IMG/VR virus record: IMGVR_UViG_3300032253_000010
Span: 1 to 41,283 of that record
Strand: one strand, 5' to 3'
Source: a virus
Lineage: Duplodnaviria; Caudoviricetes
Length of the DNA: 41,283 bases
The notes under the pieces were generated by a model. The model had not been told where the DNA came from. It saw only the letters and a list, made by a program, of their open reading frames with translations, and did not search any database. Shown in pieces: positions 35,097-41,283 of this stretch. A program made the translations under genes and the position numbers. How positions within the stretch are numbered: the first letter of the stretch is position 1; every line of letters starts with the position of its first letter.

Positions 35097-35690
35097 GTGA
35101 AAAAAATTCCTTATACAAATAATTCAAAAAAAATTCAGCATATTGGCCCTTGTACCATCTGGCCTGGCCAAACCCGTGAAGTTGATGAATCTTATTTAGA
35201 TGTATCAACCGAAAATCCCGATGCTGATTTTAAGAAAACTGATTTGAGCAAAAATATTGAAGACATATTAAAGCTTTCAGTTGCTAATTTAACCAAAGCA
35301 TTACCCAGCTTAAGCCCTGAAGATTTGGATGCAGTTGATACGGGTGAAAAATCTAAAAACAAACCCCGCATTGGTGTTGTTAATGCAATTGCTGTAGAGC
35401 GCGTTAACCGTGCAAGCCAGTCGCTTGAAGGTGATAAAGCCGCCGATGAATTTCTCGCGCTCGTTTCAGTGATGGGTGACGCTGAATTGGCTGAACAAGA
35501 TTTTCCTGCAGAAAGTGTTTTTGCTGTGATCGTTGATGCAGAAAAACAACGGCGTGCAGTTGATGTTTTTAAGGCTGATTTTGCAGAATTTGACGCTGCT
35601 GAACTTGAGTCTTTAAAGGCAGACTATGCAGAGCAGCCCGATTACCTTACGGCTATTGATGAGTTAATAGCAGATAAAGCAAATAGCTAA
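35097..35690 (+). CDS. Hypothetical acidic protein (head-associated position)
   Basis: Follows the capsid gene; acidic helical repeats, E..KNKPRIGV motif. Confidence 0.65.
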   Translation: MKKIPYTNNSKKIQHIGPCTIWPGQTREVDESYLDVSTENPDADFKKTDLSKNIEDILKLSVANLTKALPSLSPEDLDAVDTGEKSKNKPRIGVVNAIAVERVNRASQSLEGDKAADEFLALVSVMGDAELAEQDFPAESVFAVIVDAEKQRRAVDVFKADFAEFDAAELESLKADYAEQPDYLTAIDELIADKANS

Positions 35691-35728
35691 TATTCGCAAG
35701 GCTAAAGGCTTTATCTAAAAGGCAAAAC

Positions 35729-36031
35729 ATGAGCAGTGAATTGGATGTTTTAAATCAGAAAGTTGATGCACTCACGAGCAATTTATCGGGCATTGATAAT
35801 GAGCTTAAAAAGGTAAATCAGTCGCTGACTGATTTAATAAGAATTGATGGCGATATTCGACGCATTGAGGAAAAAATAGACCGTATAGGGCTTGAAAATG
35901 ATGATCATGAAAATCGTATTCGAGAGCTGGAAGCGAAAAGCGGGAAAGTTTACGAGCGGGTTGTTGGGCATGTTCTTTCTGTTTCTATTGGTGGCGTTGT
36001 TGTTTTTTTTATAATGAAAGCGTTGGGTTAA
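35729..36031 (+). CDS. Coiled-coil protein with C-terminal TM helix (possible holin-like)
   Basis: Heptad repeats, HENRIRELE, hydrophobic C-terminus. Confidence 0.6.
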   Translation: MSSELDVLNQKVDALTSNLSGIDNELKKVNQSLTDLIRIDGDIRRIEEKIDRIGLENDDHENRIRELEAKSGKVYERVVGHVLSVSIGGVVVFFIMKALG

Positions 36032-36033
36032 TT

Positions 36034-36660
36034 ATGGGCGCAATGGACCAGACAACACTGGTTGATGACCTTAAAAAAATGCTGAATGATTCTGCAAATA
36101 AATTTGAAGCGGATGATACAGATTTTGTGCGTCAGCTTGATTTCGCATTAGGTGATGTTTCCCGCGTTAGACCATATCGTCAGATGGGATCCATTACGTT
36201 GACTGCTGATGTGGGCGAATATTCAGCCCCTGCCAATTTTTTTAAGATGGATTTTCCATTATGGGGAAATGCAGAGCGCAGAACACGACAGCCATGGAAT
36301 AGCAATTACCCAGGACCTGCGCCTTCTGTAACAGTTTTTGGTAGTGGTACAGGTAAAACAATATCGCTAGAGCCTGCACCCTCGGCTGCACAAATTTTTA
36401 ATTTGGGTGATCAATATAGGTTTTACTACCGTGCTCTTCATGTGATTTCAGTCATTGAAGCCGACACAACAGTTGATGTTGCTGATAGAGATTTGCTTTT
36501 AATTCGTGCAGCCGCGCAAGCAATGCAAGAACTGGCCGCCCGGGGCGTAACTAAGCCGATTAAATTAGGCGGCTCTGGTGTTGGGGCGATGCCTAAAAAT
36601 GGCACCCCTGCCGCATTGGCTGAAGGTTTAATGAAATTATTTGAGAGCATGACTGCATGA
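36034..36660 (+). CDS. Head-tail adaptor/connector (putative)
   Basis: Position; ITLTADVGEYSAPANF pattern. Confidence 0.55.
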   Translation: MGAMDQTTLVDDLKKMLNDSANKFEADDTDFVRQLDFALGDVSRVRPYRQMGSITLTADVGEYSAPANFFKMDFPLWGNAERRTRQPWNSNYPGPAPSVTVFGSGTGKTISLEPAPSAAQIFNLGDQYRFYYRALHVISVIEADTTVDVADRDLLLIRAAAQAMQELAARGVTKPIKLGGSGVGAMPKNGTPAALAEGLMKLFESMTA

Positions 36661-37172
36661 ATGGCATGGAGCTCACCATTGATGCAAACAAACTGCAACA
36701 GGCTATTTTAAAAGCACCGGATAAGCTTGAGGCTAATTTAAATAAAGCCATCACTCGAACCATAAGAGAAATGGCAAGAAGTGCCAGGGAGCACGCATCT
36801 AAAGCCTTTAGCACATTGGTGCAATCAATTCGCTCAAAAAAAATATCAACACTTGAGGGGCAGGTTGCACCTGGTACTAATTATGCTGAGGCGGTTGAAC
36901 GGGGCACGGGTGTTTATGGCCCTGCAGGTGTTGCCTCTGGCAAATTACCCCCGGTAGACAATATTGAAGATTGGGTAAAAGTCGCTGGCATTCAGCCCAG
37001 GGAAATCGGACAAACTCAGCGTGATGTTGCCTGGTTAATTGCCAGAAAAATAGCCGTTACCGGCACAAAGCCACAGCCTTATATGCAGCCAGCGTTTGAT
37101 GATAATGCAAAGCGTGCAGAGGCCCGTATTAATAAAGCGATTAGCAACGCGATTAGTGAGAGTGGCGGCTAA
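36657..37172 (+). CDS. HK97 gp10-like tail completion protein
   Basis: STLVQSI, YAEAVERGTG, GTKPQPYMQPA motifs. Confidence 0.8.
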   Translation: MNGMELTIDANKLQQAILKAPDKLEANLNKAITRTIREMARSAREHASKAFSTLVQSIRSKKISTLEGQVAPGTNYAEAVERGTGVYGPAGVASGKLPPVDNIEDWVKVAGIQPREIGQTQRDVAWLIARKIAVTGTKPQPYMQPAFDDNAKRAEARINKAISNAISESGG

Positions 37173-37621
37173 TGCCAATGGGCCCAATCGTTTTAGAGCG
37201 AATGGATGATCGCCTCGATGCCATTGAAACGGCATTTGTTACTGCGCTATCTACACGCATTATTAAACGTGAGCTAATGCATTTTGATGATCATGAAGAG
37301 GCTGAAATTAACGCCGGTGTTTTAATGATTGCTTCGCAAGGTGAGGGTAATTACAGCGAATCACTGGGCATGGTAGCCAAAGAAGGTACACAGCGCCTTT
37401 TGCTTATAGGGCATTTGAAGTTAGCAGAAGCGGCAAGCAGCCTTGATGTTGAAAATGCTGAAATAGATTTTATAGAAGAGCTAAAAGCCGCTCTAAGGTT
37501 AGGTGTTGATGGTTTAAGTTTTTCGTTAAAAAACGTAGAGCAATCAGCTCAATTAGATAAACCCTATGGTTGGTTTGTAGCATCGGTTGATGCAGGGCCA
37601 CCACTGCAAAATTCATATTAA
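37172..37621 (+). CDS. Tail terminator protein (putative)
   Basis: Acidic 149-aa protein just before the tail tube gene. Confidence 0.55.
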   Translation: MPMGPIVLERMDDRLDAIETAFVTALSTRIIKRELMHFDDHEEAEINAGVLMIASQGEGNYSESLGMVAKEGTQRLLLIGHLKLAEAASSLDVENAEIDFIEELKAALRLGVDGLSFSLKNVEQSAQLDKPYGWFVASVDAGPPLQNSY

Positions 37622-37636
37622 CAAGAGGATAAGGCG

Positions 37637-38386
37637 ATGCCTGAACAATTTGACAGTAAATATTTTCGTGGGCAAGGTCCGTTGTTTCTTGCTGATCGCG
37701 ATGTTAACGGTAACCCAACGGGTTTAGTTTTTGTGGGTGATGTGAGCTCAGCTGAACTTACGCCACAAATAGAAAAGGGCGAGGTTATTGAAAACGTATC
37801 GGGCGCTGGTGGCGTTGGTGCCAGTTGGACCACCCGGACTCAGTATAATTTATCGATTAGCATGCGCTCAGTAAAGAAAGAGCACTTAGCCATTGCGCTG
37901 CATGCAGATTTAACGTCTAAAGTCGCGGGCACCGTAACTGATGAAGCGCAAACCGCCTATTTAGATAAATTTATTTCACTCGAGCATACAAAAGTGAGCG
38001 CAGTGGTCGTAACCGATAGCGCAGGCACAACCACCTATGTGCTAGACACAGACTATGCACTAAGCGCCGATGAAGGCATGGTAGAAATACTTTCAAGCGG
38101 CTCCATTACAGAAGCCCAGGCACTGTTAATTGATTACGCTTATGCAGCGCAGGGCCACTTATCGGCTAACCCGAATAACCTGGACAAATACCTGGTGTTT
38201 GCGGGAAAAAACACCGCCGATAACGATAAACAAACCCGCTGTGAAATTTACAAAATTAAGTTAGACCCCAGTGTTTTATCCATGATAACAACCGATGCAG
38301 CTGAAATTCCTATTACCGGTATTGTTGAAAAAGATTCATTGCGTGCCGCGGGTGATCAGTTCTTTGGTTGGAAGATTGAAGACTAA
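37637..38386 (+). CDS. Major tail (tube) protein
   Basis: YFRGQG..L..RD..G.P.G..FVGDV N-terminal motif; GAGGA RBS; position before chaperones and TMP. Confidence 0.82.
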   Translation: MPEQFDSKYFRGQGPLFLADRDVNGNPTGLVFVGDVSSAELTPQIEKGEVIENVSGAGGVGASWTTRTQYNLSISMRSVKKEHLAIALHADLTSKVAGTVTDEAQTAYLDKFISLEHTKVSAVVVTDSAGTTTYVLDTDYALSADEGMVEILSSGSITEAQALLIDYAYAAQGHLSANPNNLDKYLVFAGKNTADNDKQTRCEIYKIKLDPSVLSMITTDAAEIPITGIVEKDSLRAAGDQFFGWKIED

Positions 38387-38477
38387 CAGGCCATAAACAA
38401 CGAATAACCCAAAAGCCACTTGAGCGATGCTGCACACATTAAGCGTGTGCAGCCAGCTTCCTTTAGAGGAAAAGACA

Positions 38478-38663
38478 ATGAATTCAGATAAAAAAGAGGC
38501 ACAAAAGGTTTCAGTTAAATTGCTAACTGATAATCACACTCATGCCGGCGAACCGTGTGCAGTAGGCGATGTTATTGAGGTGCGCCCGGATCAAGCAGAA
38601 AAACTCTTTAAAACTAAACAAGCCGAAGCTACAAAAGGTGATGCCAGTGCCAAAGCAAACTAA
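38478..38663 (+). CDS. Small hypothetical tail-region protein
   Basis: GAGGA RBS before ATG 38478; HTHAG....GDVIEV motif. Upstream hairpin at 38429-38453. Confidence 0.6.
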   Translation: MNSDKKEAQKVSVKLLTDNHTHAGEPCAVGDVIEVRPDQAEKLFKTKQAEATKGDASAKAN

Positions 38664-39042
38664 TGATGCAGACGTTTTATTCCCGAATATTGAAGTAAAA
38701 ATAAAGAATGAAGTGATTACTGTAAAAGAGTTTAGCTTTATTCAGGGAATGAAAATTAACGCTATTGCTCAACCGATGATAAAAGACTTAAGTTCTTTTT
38801 TTACGGATGAAAATGCAGATTTTAGCGCTATGTCATCTGTTTTTGATGCTCATGCCGAGTTGCTTATTCATTTAATGTCGATAAGCAGCACCATGCCGGT
38901 TGAGTGGTTTGAAACATTAACCGACTCTGAAGGGCAATCGCTGTTAATGACTTTTTGGAGCGTGAATAAAAGTTTTTTTATAAATCGCTTGCTACTGAAG
39001 AACATGGAGACTCAGCAGCAAGCGCAAGCCTCGGATGCATAA
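38641..39042 (+). CDS. Tail assembly chaperone (gpG-like)
   Basis: DVLFP..ITVKEFSF..FWSVNKSFF; likely start ATG 38641. Confidence 0.75.
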   Translation: MPVPKQTNDADVLFPNIEVKIKNEVITVKEFSFIQGMKINAIAQPMIKDLSSFFTDENADFSAMSSVFDAHAELLIHLMSISSTMPVEWFETLTDSEGQSLLMTFWSVNKSFFINRLLLKNMETQQQAQASDA

Positions 39043-39239
39043 TAAGCCGCTTAATTGAAACCGGCCACAGTATGCAAGCTATTAACACTTACACCGCCCG
39101 GCAAATTGGTTTGTTTTACACGCTGGCAGAAAGAAGAGCCGCGTTAAACCGAGCTGATAACCTGGAAGATTTAAGCGTGAGTTTTGTGGGGAAAATAAGC
39201 CCGATAGCGGAAAAAATAAGACAGCAATATGCAGACTGA
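38973..39239 (+). CDS. gpT-like -1 frameshift extension of the tail chaperone
   Basis: Slippery T-TTT-TTT at 38973-38979 in the correct phase. The -1 frame is open to TGA 39237-39239 (LIETGH....INTYTARQIGLFY). Confidence 0.75.
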   Translation, partial: FFYKSLATEEHGDSAASASLGCIISRLIETGHSMQAINTYTARQIGLFYTLAERRAALNRADNLEDLSVSFVGKISPIAEKIRQQYAD

Positions 39240-41283
39240 TAAAGAGTTTTTAATTCGCGTTAAGGCCGATATCAAGCAGGCATCAAATGACCTGAAAAAA
39301 GTCTCGTCTGAAATAAAAAAAACGGGCACTGTATCTGGAAAAACCGATTCTCAAGTCAATAAACTGGGTAAAAGTTTTGGTTTTTTGGGCAGTGCTGTGG
39401 CGGCTTACTTTTCATTTGATTTTGCTAAACGCGTTGTGCTGCAGGCTGATGCGTATAACGTTTTGCAGGAACGCATAAAAACCGCTACCCGTGAAACCGG
39501 TGATTATGTAAAAGTGAGTCGTGAATTATTTGAAGTATCACAGGCAAATGGTGTGCAGTTAAGAACGACTGTTTCACTTTTTCAGAATCTGGCTAGATCT
39601 GGGCCCGAACTTCAAGCGACTAATGATCAAATGATTTCGCTTACTAATTTGGTACAGCAGCTCGGTGTTATTTCAGGTGCAACCGACCAAAATTTAAATG
39701 CCGGTTTATTGCAGTTTAGCCAGGGCTTATCGGCTGGCGTATTTCGCGCAGAAGAATTTAACTCATTACTGGAAAATATACCTGAGGTAGCAAATCGCAT
39801 AGCCAAGGGCATGGGTAAAACCACAGGTGAGCTTCGTCGTGCTGTGGTTGATGGAAAAGTGCTTTCTAAAGATGTGTTTGATGCATTGTTAAAGCAAGCC
39901 CCTGAAATTTCTGAGCAGTTTCAGGAAATACCTTTATCTGTTGGGCGTGCGGCGACAAGGCTGGGTACCAGTTTAACTGCAATGGTGGCCAGGCTTGATA
40001 AATCTTTGGGGTTAACAAAAGATATTGCTTTTGCTATGGAGCGATGGTCGCAAGCCATCGATGGCAACCCGCTGGTTGAACAGCGTGAAGATCTTGAAAA
40101 ATACACCAATGAGCTTCGCCACACAACAGACCAGATTGAAATTTTACAGGCATTTATAAGCCAGGATGCATCACTTTCAGAAGAGCTGAAAGGTGCACTT
40201 GAATTTGGCCTTGTTAATGTTAACACCGCAGATAAAACAACCGAACTGTTAAAGACGCTGCAGCAACGTGTGGTTGATATTCGAGAGAAAATGCAGGGTA
40301 TTGTTAATGAGCTAACGGGCACAGATGATTCCGCCACAGCTGAACCTGGCAATGCAGATAGCACCCCTGCCGTGGACCCTAAACAATTAGAAAAAATAAA
40401 AGCCATTAATGATGCTTTAAAACTGCAGTCCGATAATTTTGGAAAAACGGCAGAAGAAATTAAGCTTTATAAGCTTGAGTTATTGGGCGCCTCACCTGCA
40501 CAGCTGCAGTTAGCACAAGACACCATAAATACAATTAAAATCCAGAAAGAAGCTAATGATGTACAGCGTGAAGCGGCTCAGGTATATGCAGATACCCGAA
40601 CGGAGCAAGAAAGATTGGCCGACTCATTAATTAATTTGGATCTGCTTTTAGAACAGGGAAAAATTGACTGGGATACTTACAGTCGTGCTGTGTTTAATGC
40701 TAATGAAGAGTTTGATGAGCTTGCTGTAACAGGTTCAGACACCATGAAAGAGCTAATTGCAGCCACCCGCGGATGGGGTGATCAGTTTACCAATACGCTG
40801 GCCGATATGGTGCAATCAGGCAAGCTTTATTTTAAAAGCTTAGCTGATTCTATTATTAGTGATTTATTGCGTATAGCTATTCAACAAACGATTACTGCAC
40901 CTTTGTTTGGTGCCATTTTACCAGGTCTTGGTATTGGTATTGGAAGCGCGCACACCGGTGGCATTATTGGCAGTGGAACCGCGGCCATAAAAACCGTAAA
41001 CCCCGCTGTTTTTTTAGGTGCAAGAAAATACCATACCGGTGGCATTGCTGGGTTAAAGCCTAATGAAGTGCCCACTATTTTGGAGCGTGGCGAAGAGGTG
41101 CTTACTCGTAACGACCCCCGGCATAAATTAAATCAGGGTGCGACTGGAAAAGTCAGTGTTGAAATTATTAAAAACGGTACACCCGCAGAGGTCACTGACT
41201 CGCAGGCATCGGTTGATGTTGATGGCATGGTGGTAAAAGTATTTTTAGATGATTTTAACCGTGGTGGACCTATTCGCCGTGCA
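39229..41283 (+). CDS. Tape measure protein (3'-partial here; about 690 aa when joined to the window start)
   Basis: MQTDKEFLIRVKAD..; LLQFSQGLSAGVFRAEEFNSLLEN tape-measure motif. Runs off the window end, so it is absent from the ORF track. Confidence 0.92.
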   Translation, partial: MQTDKEFLIRVKADIKQASNDLKKVSSEIKKTGTVSGKTDSQVNKLGKSFGFLGSAVAAYFSFDFAKRVVLQADAYNVLQERIKTATRETGDYVKVSRELFEVSQANGVQLRTTVSLFQNLARSGPELQATNDQMISLTNLVQQLGVISGATDQNLNAGLLQFSQGLSAGVFRAEEFNSLLENIPEVANRIAKGMGKTTGELRRAVVDGKVLSKDVFDALLKQAPEISEQFQEIPLSVGRAATRLGTSLTAMVARLDKSLGLTKDIAFAMERWSQAIDGNPLVEQREDLEKYTNELRHTTDQIEILQAFISQDASLSEELKGALEFGLVNVNTADKTTELLKTLQQRVVDIREKMQGIVNELTGTDDSATAEPGNADSTPAVDPKQLEKIKAINDALKLQSDNFGKTAEEIKLYKLELLGASPAQLQLAQDTINTIKIQKEANDVQREAAQVYADTRTEQERLADSLINLDLLLEQGKIDWDTYSRAVFNANEEFDELAVTGSDTMKELIAATRGWGDQFTNTLADMVQSGKLYFKSLADSIISDLLRIAIQQTITAPLFGAILPGLGIGIGSAHTGGIIGSGTAAIKTVNPAVFLGARKYHTGGIAGLKPNEVPTILERGEEVLTRNDPRHKLNQGATGKVSVEIIKNGTPAEVTDSQASVDVDGMVVKVFLDDFNRGGPIRRA
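40637..41283 (+). repeat. Terminal overlap, copy 2 (matches 1-647)
   Basis: See copy 1. Confidence 0.97.

Larger units (their letters stand above)
1..41283. mobile_element. Temperate tailed phage genome (siphovirus-like), circularly permuted, unit length 40,636 bp
   Basis: Head, tail, immunity, replication and recombination modules with no host housekeeping genes. The ends overlap inside the tape-measure gene. No sheath or baseplate-wedge genes recognised. Confidence 0.95.

Noticed and set aside
245-41075. Many short antisense or out-of-frame ORFs inside long genes (e.g. 2029-2370, 5584-5949, 30651-31166, 39921-40406)
   Set aside because: Shadow ORFs of well-supported genes, with no RBS or motifs.

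Overview
The window is an apparently complete, circularly permuted genome (unit length 40,636 bp) of a temperate siphovirus-like tailed phage, probably with a proteobacterial host. Positions 1-647 recur at 40637-41283 (about 95% identical), so the tape-measure gene wraps around the ends. Gene order: tail tip (1-6887), morons (6897-8087), cI/cro/cII-like switch (8084-9783), early accessory genes with a minimal tyrosine recombinase (9773-14881), primase-helicase plus iteron origin, XerC-like recombinase and a palindromic site (14973-19428), Mor-like activator and a large serine recombinase whose 3' end contains a tRNA-like attP (19468-21575), an opposite-strand TIR-domain cassette (21584-23121), then packaging, head and tail genes (23384-41283). 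The most interesting signals are: (1) an attP inside the integrase C-terminus, so integration would swap a degron-like tail; (2) three site-specific recombinases with a lox/dif-like site beside a plasmid-like replicon; (3) a MuF head protein with a JAB/MPN domain and a small coupled partner, in a phage whose gpK lacks JAB and whose gpJ starts with a ubiquitin-like domain; (4) a 24-bp late-promoter dyad present three times, two copies followed by terminator-containing leaders next to an unannotated zinc-ribbon gene; (5) a TIR gene bracketed like an integron cassette. No endolysin is recognisable. All protein family calls come from motifs read by eye, not database searches.
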